From: an uncultured Bacteroidales bacterium
GTDB taxonomy: Bacteria > Bacteroidota > Bacteroidia > Bacteroidales > G3-4614
Reading direction: 5' to 3'
Assembly (NCBI GenBank): GCA_949297125.1
Contig: CASFRS010000002.1
Location: forward strand, 55,478 to 119,477
DNA: 64,000 bases
This document shows positions 36,135-45,900 of the stretch, piece after piece. Position numbers and translations under genes: made by a program. A model generated the notes under the pieces. The model was not told the origin of the DNA. It worked only from the letters and a program-made list of their open reading frames with translations, and ran no database searches. Positions within the stretch are counted from its first letter, which is position 1. Each line of letters starts with the position of its first letter.

Positions 36135-37982
36135 ATGAATCTGTTCAACTACGAAAGGCGCAAAAGCGGTACGGTACAAATAGGGAACGTGCCGCTTGGG
36201 GGCATGTACCCGATAAGGATACAGACCATGACCGACACGTCAACGCGCGACATCCCCGCCAGCGTGGAGCAGATACGCCGCATAACAGCCGCAGGAGCCG
36301 AGTATGTCCGCCTTACCACACAGGGGACGATAGAGGTGGAGGCCCTGCGCCGGATACGCGGGCAGCTGCATGCCGAGGGAAACTTCACCCCGCTGGTTGC
36401 CGACATCCACTTCAACCCCAACGTCGCCGATGCGGCAGCAGCCGTTACCGACAAAATCAGAATCAACCCCGGGAACTTCACCGACAGCGCGCGTACGTTC
36501 AAACATATCGATTACGACGACGCCAGCTACGCTGAAGAGATAAAACGGCTTGAAGCCAGGTTCAAACAGCTGCTGGAAATCTGCAAGGAGCACAAAACCG
36601 CACTTCGGATAGGGGTAAACCACGGTTCGCTATCCGACAGGATAATGAGCCGCTACGGCGACACCCCTGAAGGGATAGTGGAATCGTGCATGGAATTCCT
36701 GCGCGTATGCCGCAAGGAAGAGTTCAACAACGTAACAATCTCGATAAAAGCCTCCAATACCGTCGTAATGGTAAAATCGGTACGCCTGCTTATAAAAGCC
36801 ATGGAGCGCGAAGGGATGGACTATCCGCTGCACCTCGGCGTTACGGAAGCCGGCGAAGGGGAAGACGGGCGGATAAAGTCGGCCGTCGGGATAGGCGCGT
36901 TGCTGGCCGACGGCATAGGCGATACCATAAGGGTATCGTTAAGCGAACCGCCCGAAAAGGAGATACCCGTGGCACGCAAACTGGCGGAATACATAGCCGG
37001 CAGGGCGGGACACCCGCACATAAACGGGAAAGAACTGCCGGGATACGACCACTGCGCCATGGTACGCCGTAAAAGCACAGCAGTAAAGAATACAGGGGGA
37101 GACAATCCCCCGGTCGTAATATACGATGCAAGCAACGGCGGCACGCTCCCGTCGGCAGCCTCGCCCGACACGACACCGGACTATGTATATCTCGGCAACC
37201 GGCGTCCGTGCCCTCAGGAGAACGGAATAAAAAGCATAACCGACAGCACGGCATACAAAGGGGACAAAAACAACTTCCCTCTCTATACCGTTGCGCAGAT
37301 TGACGAAATACCTGGGAGCAAGGCTGCATTGCGCTTCCTGGAAATAACCTCCGCCGACCTGGACGAAACCGTACTGAAAAGGGTTGCCGCCCTCAGCGAC
37401 ACGGTACTGATAATCCGTTCAGTGCATGCAAACCCCGTGGGAGAGATGCGCAGCATTGCCCACGCGCTCGCTACAGCCGGTATTGCGCTGCCCGTTGTCT
37501 TTGCACGGCGCTACGGAGAAACCGACAAGGAGGCGTTTCAGATAAAGAGCGGGGCCGATATGGGGACACTGCTGCTCGACGGTTTCGGAGACGGGATAGA
37601 AATAAGCAATACAGCGGAAGACATTACGGCAGACGACATTACGGCAACTGCATACTCCATACTTCAGGCCGCACGGCGCAGGATAAGCAAAACGGAATAT
37701 ATTTCGTGCCCAGGATGCGGACGCACGCAGTTCGACCTGCAAAAGCGGGTAGCCGAGATAAAAGCCGCCACCTCGCACCTTGCAGGGATAAAGATAGGGG
37801 TAATGGGGTGCATTGTAAACGGCCCGGGGGAGATGGCCGATGCCGATTACGGATACGTGGGCGCGGCACGCGGCCGCATAAGCCTCTACAAGGGAAAAGA
37901 ATGTATCGAAAAGAACATACCCGAAGGGGATGCCGTAAAACGCCTCCTCGAATTTATAGAACAAGACCGTAAAATGGGATGA
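36135..37982 (+). CDS. ispG: 4-hydroxy-3-methylbut-2-en-1-yl diphosphate synthase (long form with insert domain)
   Basis: 615 aa. TIM-barrel N-terminus: VQIGNVPLGGMYPIRIQTMT. C-terminal 4Fe-4S domain: ISCPGCGRTQFDL...GCIVNGPGE. Confidence 0.9.
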   Translation: MNLFNYERRKSGTVQIGNVPLGGMYPIRIQTMTDTSTRDIPASVEQIRRITAAGAEYVRLTTQGTIEVEALRRIRGQLHAEGNFTPLVADIHFNPNVADAAAAVTDKIRINPGNFTDSARTFKHIDYDDASYAEEIKRLEARFKQLLEICKEHKTALRIGVNHGSLSDRIMSRYGDTPEGIVESCMEFLRVCRKEEFNNVTISIKASNTVVMVKSVRLLIKAMEREGMDYPLHLGVTEAGEGEDGRIKSAVGIGALLADGIGDTIRVSLSEPPEKEIPVARKLAEYIAGRAGHPHINGKELPGYDHCAMVRRKSTAVKNTGGDNPPVVIYDASNGGTLPSAASPDTTPDYVYLGNRRPCPQENGIKSITDSTAYKGDKNNFPLYTVAQIDEIPGSKAALRFLEITSADLDETVLKRVAALSDTVLIIRSVHANPVGEMRSIAHALATAGIALPVVFARRYGETDKEAFQIKSGADMGTLLLDGFGDGIEISNTAEDITADDITATAYSILQAARRRISKTEYISCPGCGRTQFDLQKRVAEIKAATSHLAGIKIGVMGCIVNGPGEMADADYGYVGAARGRISLYKGKECIEKNIPEGDAVKRLLEFIEQDRKMG

Positions 37983-38842
37983 AACTGAAAACCGCAAAAT
38001 ATCTCCTTGCGGCAATCCTGCTCGCTTCGGCCGCCGGTATCTCCGCGGCCGGATATGAGTGCCTGCCGACGGACTCGGCAACCGCCGTGCGCATACTGAA
38101 AAGGGCGGTTACGAGAACCCGCACCGGTATGGGAGCGCAGATAAGGGAAACCGCCGAAGGGTTCCTCGGTGCGCCGTACCGGGGAGGGACGCTGGAGGGC
38201 GAACCCGAAATGCTGCGCATCAATCTTGCGGAGTTCGACTGCACCACATTCGTGGAGAGCATCCTCGCCCTGTGCCGGACAGCCGCGGAAGGCGGCACGG
38301 AGTTCGGCCAGTTCGCCTCTACCCTCGCCTCTATCCGTTACATGGACGGTGAAAGCGACAGGTACACCAAACGCCTCCACTACTTTTCACAATGGATAAG
38401 ACAAAATGCCGCACAAGGGGTTATAGAAGAAATAATCCCCGCGGGCATCGCCGTCTGCGAGACCAAGAAAATCGATTTCATGAGCATGCACGCCAACCTC
38501 TACCCCGCACTCGGGGAGAAGAGCCTGACGGACGAGATTGCCCGCACGGAAGAGATGCTGAGCAGGGATACCGTCTGTTTTATCCCAAAAGAGAAGATTC
38601 CGCAACTGAAAAAGGGCGATATACGCAACGGGGACATAATTGCGATAGTTACCGCAAAAGAGGGGCTCGACATAACGCATGTAGGGTTCGCGGCCATTCT
38701 GGACGGCGAACCCCACCTTCTGCACGCCTCGTCTGCGGCGGAAAAGGTGATTCTCGACCCGCGCACGCTGCACGAATACCTAATGCACTATACGTCGCAC
38801 AGGGGGGTACGCATACTGCGGCCGACCGAACCGCAGAAATAA
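37979..38842 (+). CDS. DUF1460 (amidase-like) lipoprotein/secreted protein
   Basis: 287 aa with a signal peptide. DUF1460-like blocks are present (FDCTTFVESILAL, RLHYFSQWI, DITHVGF). It forms an ATGA overlap with the ispG stop. Confidence 0.65.
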   Translation: MKLKTAKYLLAAILLASAAGISAAGYECLPTDSATAVRILKRAVTRTRTGMGAQIRETAEGFLGAPYRGGTLEGEPEMLRINLAEFDCTTFVESILALCRTAAEGGTEFGQFASTLASIRYMDGESDRYTKRLHYFSQWIRQNAAQGVIEEIIPAGIAVCETKKIDFMSMHANLYPALGEKSLTDEIARTEEMLSRDTVCFIPKEKIPQLKKGDIRNGDIIAIVTAKEGLDITHVGFAAILDGEPHLLHASSAAEKVILDPRTLHEYLMHYTSHRGVRILRPTEPQK

Positions 38843-38875
38843 AGGAGACAGGACAACCCTATAAAAAACTACAAT

Positions 38876-39754
38876 ATGGAAAAGATATCGAACAGCAAAC
38901 TGGAAATAGGAGTAAAAGAACACGGAGCAGAACTCTGCAGCATAATACGCAAAAGCGACGGCCGCGAATACATGTGGCAGGCTTCGCCCGAATACTGGAA
39001 ACGGCACTCGCCCGTACTGTTCCCGATAGTGGGCAGCCTCTGGAACAAGGAGATGCGGCAGGGGGGCAAGACATACACCATGTCGCAACACGGCTTTGCC
39101 CGCGACATGGAGTTCCGCCTGACGGAAAAGACGTCCTGTTCTTTGCGTTACCGCCTTGAAAGCGACGAAGAGACCAAGAGGCTATACCCGTACGACTTTA
39201 TCCTGGAGATAGGGTATGTGCTCGCAGACAACACGGTAACCGTTGAATGGAGCGTAAAAAACCCGTCGCAGCAGGAGATGCACTTCCAGATTGGGGCGCA
39301 CCCCGCATTCAACTACATGGGATACGACCCGGATACCGAAACAATGGGATACTTCAGGTTCGATAGCGAAGACGACGTCTACACCCTGTCGCTGGTAGGA
39401 GAAAAGGGGTGTCTTAAGGAAGAGCGGGCGCAGCTGAAAACCGACAAAGGGGTACTCCCCATAACCCGCCATTCGTTCGACAACGATGCAATAATACTCG
39501 AAAACGGCCAGGTCCATGCAGTAACGCTGCTGGATGCCGAAAAAAAGGCATACCTGACATTGCGGTACGATGCCCCGGTAATAGGGCTCTGGTCGCCGGC
39601 ACGCAACGGATTCGCCCCGTTCGTATGCATAGAGCCGTGGTACGGCCGGTGCGACAGGGAGAACTACACGGGGGAATACGCGCAGAAAGACTGGATGCAG
39701 CACCTTGCCCCTGGAGAGGTATTCAATGCAAAGTACAGCATAGAGATAATCTGA
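38876..39754 (+). CDS. aldose 1-epimerase (galactose mutarotase-like) family protein
   Basis: 292 aa. Pattern: HSPVLFPIVG...QHGFAR...FQIGAHPAFN...IEPW. Confidence 0.8.
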   Translation: MEKISNSKLEIGVKEHGAELCSIIRKSDGREYMWQASPEYWKRHSPVLFPIVGSLWNKEMRQGGKTYTMSQHGFARDMEFRLTEKTSCSLRYRLESDEETKRLYPYDFILEIGYVLADNTVTVEWSVKNPSQQEMHFQIGAHPAFNYMGYDPDTETMGYFRFDSEDDVYTLSLVGEKGCLKEERAQLKTDKGVLPITRHSFDNDAIILENGQVHAVTLLDAEKKAYLTLRYDAPVIGLWSPARNGFAPFVCIEPWYGRCDRENYTGEYAQKDWMQHLAPGEVFNAKYSIEII

Positions 39755-39838
39755 ACAGGGAACAGCCGCCGGCGCAGCGACCGAAGCCGAAGGCTTCTCA
39801 AACGGCACGCCGCACCGCATGCAACCCACCGGCATGGC

Positions 39839-39869
39839 GCATGGCGCATTGTTGCACCCTGCGCCATGC
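39839..39869. terminator. hairpin between convergent epimerase-family gene and eno
   Basis: 10-bp stem GCATGGCGCA (39839-39848) / TGCGCCATGC (39860-39869). No clear U-tract on either strand. Confidence 0.35.
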
Positions 39870-39876
39870 ACGGCTT

Positions 39877-41166
39877 TCAAGGCCTTCCGCCTTTCCTTCG
39901 TGAGGGGAACACCGCCGATTCCCCGAGCATCCCCTCAATCCTCAACAGGCGGTTATACTTTGCAAGGCGTTCCGAACGGCTCAGCGAACCGGTTTTAATC
40001 TGCCCGGTATTCATTGCCACGGCAAGGTCGGCAATAAAATCATCTTCCGTCTCGCCAGAACGGTGCGAGACAATGGCTGCATAGCCGTTGCGGCCGGCAA
40101 GTTCGACGGCTCTCATGGCCTCGGTAAGCGTCCCTACCTGGTTTACCTTTACCAAAACGGCGTTTGCGCACTTCATCTCTATCCCGCGCTCCAGCAAACG
40201 GGTATTCGTAACGAAAAGGTCATCACCGACCAACTGGCACCTGTCCCCTATAAGAGAAGTGAGATAACGCCACCCGTCCCAGTCTCCCTCGGCCATTCCG
40301 TCTTCAATGGAATCGACCGGATAGTTATCCGCAAGCCGCACAAGGTAGGCAGCCTGTTCTTCCGGCGTATATATCGGGGCTCCGTCCCCTTCAAACGCCG
40401 AATAATCGTACACCCCGTCGCGATAGAACCCGGTAGAGGCGCAATCGAGAGCCAGCGTTACCTCTTCCCCCGCAACATACCCGGCCAGAGAGACAGCCTC
40501 TGTAATCAAATCCAGAGCCTCCTCCACGCCGGAAACCTTGGGGGCGAAACCGCCCTCATCGCCCACTGCCGAAGAGAAACCTCTGGCTGCAAGCAGCTTT
40601 TTCAGGGTGTGAAAAACCTCCGCACCCATACGCAACGCTTCGGAAAAAGAAGCTGCCCCGACAGGGCGTATCATAAACTCCTGGAATGCGACAGGGGCGT
40701 CGGAATGCGCCCCGCCGTTTATTATGTTCATCATCGGGACGGGAAGCACATGTGCATCGCACCCCCCTATATAGCGGAACAGCGGGATGCCCGACGAGGC
40801 GGCCGCCGCACGCGCTACGGCCAGCGACACCCCCAGTATGGCATTCGCTCCCAGCTTGCCCTTGTCGGGTGTGGCATCGAGTTCGCACAAGATACGGTCG
40901 ATACCGGACTGGTCGCATACTCCGTGCCCGGTCAGGGCTTTCGCTATCGGTCCGTTTATATTCGACACGGCCTTCAAAACACCTTTCCCGCAGTAGCGCG
41001 CCATGTCTCCGTCGCGGATTTCCACCGCCTCGCCGCTGCCGGTAGATGCACCCGAAGGGACTGATGCCGTAGCCGACACTCCGCCGTCGAGCCGGACTTC
41101 CACCTCAACCGTAGGGTTCCCTCGCGAATCGAGAATCTCCCGTCCTTTAACCTCTGCAATCTTCAT
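39877..41166 (-). CDS. eno: enolase (phosphopyruvate hydratase)
   Basis: The track ORF extends to 41310. The conserved start is the ATG at 41166, giving [24 protein letters not shown]; 429 aa. Confidence 0.92.
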   Translation of the reverse strand: MKIAEVKGREILDSRGNPTVEVEVRLDGGVSATASVPSGASTGSGEAVEIRDGDMARYCGKGVLKAVSNINGPIAKALTGHGVCDQSGIDRILCELDATPDKGKLGANAILGVSLAVARAAAASSGIPLFRYIGGCDAHVLPVPMMNIINGGAHSDAPVAFQEFMIRPVGAASFSEALRMGAEVFHTLKKLLAARGFSSAVGDEGGFAPKVSGVEEALDLITEAVSLAGYVAGEEVTLALDCASTGFYRDGVYDYSAFEGDGAPIYTPEEQAAYLVRLADNYPVDSIEDGMAEGDWDGWRYLTSLIGDRCQLVGDDLFVTNTRLLERGIEMKCANAVLVKVNQVGTLTEAMRAVELAGRNGYAAIVSHRSGETEDDFIADLAVAMNTGQIKTGSLSRSERLAKYNRLLRIEGMLGESAVFPSRRKGGRP

Positions 41167-41264
41167 AAGCAAAAACCGTTTGTAAACCACCTGTAAAACC
41201 GCAGATAAGGCAATTTGGTTCGGTCTGGCGACAAAAACAGGCCCAAAACAGAGGAAAAGTGTAG

Positions 41265-41313
41265 ATAAAAAAGACGGGAAGGAAGAGCCCGGCTTGAGAA
41301 ACGCTTCCATCCC
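41265..41313 (-). terminator. terminator-like hairpin inside the eno upstream region
   Basis: Minus strand GGGAUGGAAG (41313-41304), an 18-nt loop, CUUCCUUCCC (41285-41276) with one U-U mismatch, then GUCUUUUUUA (41275-41265). Confidence 0.4.
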
Positions 41314-41371
41314 GAATAAAAAAGATTAATGGCCGTTAATCCAAGTCCAAACAATTTCCCGGCCTCGGGTA

Positions 41372-41379
41372 CAAATATA
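41372..41379 (-). promoter_or_regulatory. -7 box candidate upstream of eno
   Basis: Minus strand TATATTTG matches TAnnTTTG. It is the only exact match between the rplQ terminator and the eno ATG, and lies about 205 nt upstream of that ATG. Confidence 0.35.
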
Positions 41380-41523
41380 AGGGAGCGGATGTGCCGAAAA
41401 GATGCACACGTGCACCGGCAGCAAGTACGGGCATTGCCGAAGCCGCAACAAAGGGGCCGCACAGAGGGAGTTGCCCGGGCATGCGACGCGCACTGCATGC
41501 GCGGGGAGAGGTACGGAAGAAAA

Positions 41524-41567
41524 GGAGACCGGCCCGGAAAGTCTGTAGGACTCCCGAACCGGTCTCC
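41524..41567 (-). terminator. rho-independent terminator of the alpha/rplQ operon
   Basis: Minus strand GGAGACCGG...CCGGUCUCC (9 bp), extended by a GGAGUC/GACUUU wobble stem. It is followed directly by UUUUCUUCC and lies 32 nt after the rplQ stop. Confidence 0.55.
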
Positions 41568-41598
41568 TCATTATATGATATTTACGCAATATCTCTGC

Positions 41599-42171
41599 TT
41601 ACTTCGCCTCCTCGGCCTTCTCGGCAGCAGCCTCAGCAGCGGGAGCTTCAGCCTCTGCGCTCTTCTCCTCTACAACCTGGGCCTCTTCAACGTTTTCCTC
41701 CTTTACCTCTGCTACGGGTGCTTCCGGCGCAGCGGTCTTCTCGGCAGCGTCTTTCTTTCTGGAACGACGCGTACGTGCCGGTTTCTTGGCTGCCTTGTCC
41801 TTGAGCATGTTCTCGTTGTAATCCACAAGTTCTATAAAGCAGGTCTTGGCGCCGTCGCCCAGGCGCGTACCGGTTTTGATGATACGGGTATACCCTCCGT
41901 TACGCTCGGCAATCTTCTGGGCTATCTCCTTGAAGAGTTCGGTAACAGCCTGCTTGTTCTGCAAGTAGCTGAAAACAACGCGACGCGAAGCAGTCGTATC
42001 CTCCTTGGCTCTGTTGATTATAGGTTCAGCATAAACTCTGAGAGCCTTTGCCTTTGCCAAAGTGGTGAATATGCGTTTGTGCATTATAAGAGAACACGTC
42101 ATATTGGCCAGCATGGCTCCTCTGTGCGAGCTCGTTCTTCCCAAATGGTTAAATTTCTTATTATGTCTCAT
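41599..42171 (-). CDS. rplQ: 50S ribosomal protein L17 (with ~70-aa low-complexity C-terminal tail)
   Basis: [21 protein letters not shown]... is conserved bL17. The tail is [12 protein letters not shown] followed by an Ala/Glu-rich repeat. Confidence 0.95.
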   Translation of the reverse strand: MRHNKKFNHLGRTSSHRGAMLANMTCSLIMHKRIFTTLAKAKALRVYAEPIINRAKEDTTASRRVVFSYLQNKQAVTELFKEIAQKIAERNGGYTRIIKTGTRLGDGAKTCFIELVDYNENMLKDKAAKKPARTRRSRKKDAAEKTAAPEAPVAEVKEENVEEAQVVEEKSAEAEAPAAEAAAEKAEEAK

Positions 42172-42176
42172 CGTCG

Positions 42177-43166
42177 TTAATCTTTATCTAATTTATATTT
42201 TGAGATGTCCATTCCGAAAGATAAATTCAATCCGGCCAAAAGGTCATCCAACTCGTTAAGCGATTTTTTCCCGAAATTGCGGAACTTCAAAAGGTCGTTC
42301 TTGTTGAATACCACCAACTCGGCGAGAGTCTCCACATCGGCCGACTTCAGGCAGTTCAATGCACGTACCGACAAATCCATGTCGGTGAGCTTGCTCTTGA
42401 GGAGCTGGCGCATGTGCAGAACTTCTTCATCGAACTCGTCGCCGCTCTCGTTATCGGTCATTTCAAGCGTAATCTTGTCGTCCGAGAAGAGCATGAAATG
42501 GCGGATCAGGATATTGGCAGCTTCCTTGAGCGCATCTTTAGGATGAATGGAACCGTCCGTCGATATTTCCAATACCAGTTTCTCGTAGTCGGTCTTCTGC
42601 TCCACACGATACGGCTCCACGAAATATTTCACATTCCGGATAGGAGTGTATATCGAGTCGATGGGAATGACATCTATCGCATCGCCGGGCGTAGCATTCT
42701 CATCGGCGGGCACATAGCCGCGGCCCTTGTTTATGGTCAGGTCGATGTTGAACTTGGCGCTCTCGTCCATATGGCAAATAACCATGTCGGGGTTGAGGAC
42801 CTCGAATCCGGTAAGCGCCTTGCCTATATCGCCGGCCTTGAACTCGGTTCCGGAGCAGGAAATGGTTACCTTTTCATTCTCCACATCCTCTACGGCCTGT
42901 TTGAACCTTACTTTCTTGAGATTAAGGATAATATTGGTAACATCTTCTATTACGCCCGGAATGGTTGCGAATTCATGGTCAACGCCGTCTATGCGTATCG
43001 ACGTGATTGCGAAACCTTCGAGCGAAGAGAGCAGAATACGGCGCAGCGCATTACCCACGGTAACACCATAACCCGGCTCCAAAGGACGGAATTCGAACTT
43101 GCCGAAGAACGGAGTAGCCTCCAGCATCAAGACTTTTTCGGGTTTTTGAAATGCTAATATCGCCAT
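42177..43166 (-). CDS. rpoA: DNA-directed RNA polymerase subunit alpha
   Basis: 329 aa, conserved RpoA ([17 protein letters not shown]...). Confidence 0.95.
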   Translation of the reverse strand: MAILAFQKPEKVLMLEATPFFGKFEFRPLEPGYGVTVGNALRRILLSSLEGFAITSIRIDGVDHEFATIPGVIEDVTNIILNLKKVRFKQAVEDVENEKVTISCSGTEFKAGDIGKALTGFEVLNPDMVICHMDESAKFNIDLTINKGRGYVPADENATPGDAIDVIPIDSIYTPIRNVKYFVEPYRVEQKTDYEKLVLEISTDGSIHPKDALKEAANILIRHFMLFSDDKITLEMTDNESGDEFDEEVLHMRQLLKSKLTDMDLSVRALNCLKSADVETLAELVVFNKNDLLKFRNFGKKSLNELDDLLAGLNLSFGMDISKYKLDKD

Positions 43167-43174
43167 AATTCCTA

Positions 43175-43783
43175 TTACTGTTTAGAGTACAACTCAACTA
43201 TTAACTGTTCCTTGATATTCTCGGGGATATCTTCCCTCTCGGGGAGGTGCAGCAGTTTGCCGCTCTTGGAAGCCTCATCCCACTCTATCCACGGATATTT
43301 GCTGTGGTTGAACCCTGCAAGTGAATCGGTTATGTTCTCGAGCGACTTCGATTTTTCGCGAACGCCCACAATCTGACCCGGCTTTACCGAGAAAGAGGGA
43401 ATATTCACGACCTTGCCGTCTACAACTATATGCCTGTGCGAAACCAGCTGACGGGCAGCCGAACGCGTGGGGGCTATGCCCAAACGGTAAACGACATTGT
43501 CGAGACGAGCCTCGAGAAGCTGCAACAGTACCACACCGGTAATACCTTTGGTACGTGAAGCCTTGTCGAAGAGGTTACGGAACTGACGTTCCAAAACTCC
43601 ATAAGTATATTTTGCCTTCTGCTTCTCAGCAAGCTGCATTCCGTACTCCGAAGTTTTTCTTCTTTTGTTCTGACCGTGCTGTCCGGGAGGATAGTTCTTT
43701 TTCGACAACACTTTATCTGCGCCAAAAATAGCCTCGCCGAATTTACGCGCGATTTTTGATTTAGGTCCGGTATATCTTGCCAT
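43175..43783 (-). CDS. rpsD: 30S ribosomal protein S4
   Basis: [17 protein letters not shown]... is conserved uS4. Confidence 0.95.
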   Translation of the reverse strand: MARYTGPKSKIARKFGEAIFGADKVLSKKNYPPGQHGQNKRRKTSEYGMQLAEKQKAKYTYGVLERQFRNLFDKASRTKGITGVVLLQLLEARLDNVVYRLGIAPTRSAARQLVSHRHIVVDGKVVNIPSFSVKPGQIVGVREKSKSLENITDSLAGFNHSKYPWIEWDEASKSGKLLHLPEREDIPENIKEQLIVELYSKQ

Positions 43784-43902
43784 TTCTAAATAGTTTTGTT
43801 AAATGTTCGTTTTTTGATCTGCCGGTTCGATGCAGCCGCGATTGCGAGAGGATTATAGTAGGCAATCAATTTCATCTACTTTCGGCAGGTCGGGTTAATA
43901 AA
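43784..43902 (-). promoter_or_regulatory. structured rpsK-rpsD spacer (candidate S4 autoregulatory leader)
   Basis: This 119-nt spacer is unusually long for the cluster. On the minus strand there is a long-range CUGCCG/CGGCAG stem enclosing a GAUUGC/GCAAUC hairpin, then an A-rich run before the rpsD AUG. Confidence 0.3.
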
Positions 43903-44292
43903 TTATACCCTCCTTCTTTTCGGGGGGCGGCAACCGTTATGCGGCAGCGGCGTAACGTCGATTATCTCTGTTACTTCTATTCCTGCTCCATGTATGGTAC
44001 GGATAGCGGATTCACGTCCGTTTCCGGGACCTTTAACATAGGCTTTTACTTTTCTCAAGCCCAAATCGAATGCAACCTTGGCACAATCCTGAGCTGCCAT
44101 CTGCGCTGCATACGGGGTGTTTTTCTTGGAACCCCTGAACCCCATTTTACCTGCGGAAGACCAGGAGATTACCTGTCCCTCTTCATTGGCAAGGGATACG
44201 ATGATGTTGTTGAACGAAGAGTGTATGTGCGCCTGTCCTACTGCGCCTACATTTACTTTTCTCTTCTTAACTGCGACTGTTTTTTTTGCCAT
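43903..44292 (-). CDS. rpsK: 30S ribosomal protein S11
   Basis: The track ORF starts at TTG 44298; the ATG at 44292 gives [12 protein letters not shown].... Conserved uS11. Confidence 0.95.
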   Translation of the reverse strand: MAKKTVAVKKRKVNVGAVGQAHIHSSFNNIIVSLANEEGQVISWSSAGKMGFRGSKKNTPYAAQMAAQDCAKVAFDLGLRKVKAYVKGPGNGRESAIRTIHGAGIEVTEIIDVTPLPHNGCRPPKRRRV

Positions 44293-44301
44293 ACTCAACT
44301 A

Positions 44302-44682
44302 TTATTTAGTAGCTTTCTTCTTATTTGCAACGGTCTTTTTCTTACCCTTACGCGTACGGGCATTGTTCTTGGTGCTCTGTCCGCGCAACGGCAGTCCCAA
44401 ACGGTGGCGCACGCCGCGATAGCACCCTATATCCATAAGGCGTTTGATGTTCAACTGAACTTCGGTGCGGAGGTCGCCCTCTACCTTGTATTCGGCACCT
44501 ATTATTTCACGGACCTTTGCAGCCTGTTCGTCCGTCCAGTCCTTAACTTTGATGTTCTTGTCTATTCCGGCCTTGCTCAAGATGGTGTTAGACGCGCTGC
44601 GACCTATTCCGTATATGTAGGTCAAAGCTATTTCACCTCTTTTGTTCTGCGGCAGGTCTATACCTACAATCCTTATTGCCAT
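44302..44682 (-). CDS. rpsM: 30S ribosomal protein S13
   Basis: [27 protein letters not shown] is conserved uS13. Confidence 0.95.
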   Translation of the reverse strand: MAIRIVGIDLPQNKRGEIALTYIYGIGRSASNTILSKAGIDKNIKVKDWTDEQAAKVREIIGAEYKVEGDLRTEVQLNIKRLMDIGCYRGVRHRLGLPLRGQSTKNNARTRKGKKKTVANKKKATK

Positions 44683-44721
44683 ATAATCAAAAAATTATTC
44701 TGCAAAAATAATAAAAATATA

Positions 44722-44838
44722 TTATCCTTGACGCTGTTTATACTTCGGGTTTTTCTTATTAATAACATACAACCTGCCGTTGCGCCTAACTATCTTGCAC
44801 TCCGGCGTACGTTTCTTCAATGATGCTCTTACTTTCAT
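44722..44838 (-). CDS. rpmJ: 50S ribosomal protein L36
   Basis: Below the ORF-track length cutoff. Hand translation gives [38 protein letters not shown] (38 aa), between infA and rpsM. Confidence 0.9.
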   Translation of the reverse strand: MKVRASLKKRTPECKIVRRNGRLYVINKKNPKYKQRQG

Positions 44839-44853
44839 AACCGTATCTTGTTT

Positions 44854-45072
44854 TTATTTATATCTGAACGCTATCCGCCCCTTGGACAAATCGTACGGGG
44901 ACATCTCCACGCGCACCTTGTCTCCGGGCAATATCCTGATGTAATGCATGCGCATCTTTCCCGAGATATGGGCGGTTATTTCATGCCCGTTCTCCAACTC
45001 TACCCTGAACATAGCATTGGACAATGCTTCCACTATTGTTCCGTCCTGTTCTATTGCGGCCTGTTTTGCCAT
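44854..45072 (-). CDS. infA: translation initiation factor IF-1
   Basis: [53 protein letters not shown] is conserved IF-1. Confidence 0.95.
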   Translation of the reverse strand: MAKQAAIEQDGTIVEALSNAMFRVELENGHEITAHISGKMRMHYIRILPGDKVRVEMSPYDLSKGRIAFRYK

Positions 45073-45086
45073 ATTGTCAATCGTTT

Positions 45087-45869
45087 TTAAATGAATTTAT
45101 CTCCCAGAACATCCTCTATGTACTTGAACGTGGAAAGGATATCGGCCTTTCCCTCGCGCACGGCTACCGACAGTTCAAAATGAGCCGAAGGCTTGCGGTC
45201 GCGCGTACGGGTTGTCCACCCGTCGCGTTCAATCACTATGTTGCGCGACCCCATGTTTATCATCGGCTCTATGGCAATCACCATGCCGCTGCGCAATATG
45301 GGGCCGCATCCGCGGCGTCCGTAGTTGGGCACTTCCGGTTCCTCGTGCATGTGCTTCCCTATTCCATGGCCGCACATTTCGCGCACTACGGAGTACCCTT
45401 TCTTTTCGCAATAGCTCTGAATGGCATTGCTTATATCTCCCACACGCTTGCCGTCGACAGCCTGTTCAATCCCTAAGTAAAGGGACTCTTTGGTAGTTTT
45501 CAGCAACCTGCGGACCTCGTAACTTACATCGCCCACACAAAACGTATACGTCGAGTCGCCATGGAAACCGTTCTTAAGGACACACAGATCGATGGATATG
45601 ATATCGCCGTCCTTCAGAACGTAATCCGACGGTATTCCGTGAACCACCTGGTCGTTTACCGATGCGCAGATGGAATTGGGATAACCGTTGTAACCGAGAC
45701 AACTCGGGATTCCTCCGTTGTCGCGGATAAACTCCTCGGCGATAGAATCGAGTTTAAGGGTAGATATGCCGGGAGCCACCCATTTGGCAAGCTCTCCGAG
45801 CGTCTGCCCCAGAAGGAGATTGCTCTCCCTCATCAACTCGATTTCTTCATCCGTTTTGAGATAAATCAT
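45087..45869 (-). CDS. map: type I methionine aminopeptidase
   Basis: The ATG at 45869 gives [16 protein letters not shown].... Metal ligands are in context ([17 protein letters not shown]). Confidence 0.92.
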   Translation of the reverse strand: MIYLKTDEEIELMRESNLLLGQTLGELAKWVAPGISTLKLDSIAEEFIRDNGGIPSCLGYNGYPNSICASVNDQVVHGIPSDYVLKDGDIISIDLCVLKNGFHGDSTYTFCVGDVSYEVRRLLKTTKESLYLGIEQAVDGKRVGDISNAIQSYCEKKGYSVVREMCGHGIGKHMHEEPEVPNYGRRGCGPILRSGMVIAIEPMINMGSRNIVIERDGWTTRTRDRKPSAHFELSVAVREGKADILSTFKYIEDVLGDKFI

Positions 45870-45900
45870 TCTTCCGTTCCCTTCAAATACGTTACAAACA

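Noticed and set aside
41167-41310. In-frame 48-codon N-terminal extension of enolase ([14 protein letters not shown]...).
   Set aside because: Enolases start at MKIAEV.../conserved [12 protein letters not shown]. The extension overlaps a terminator-like hairpin and has hydrophobic junk composition.
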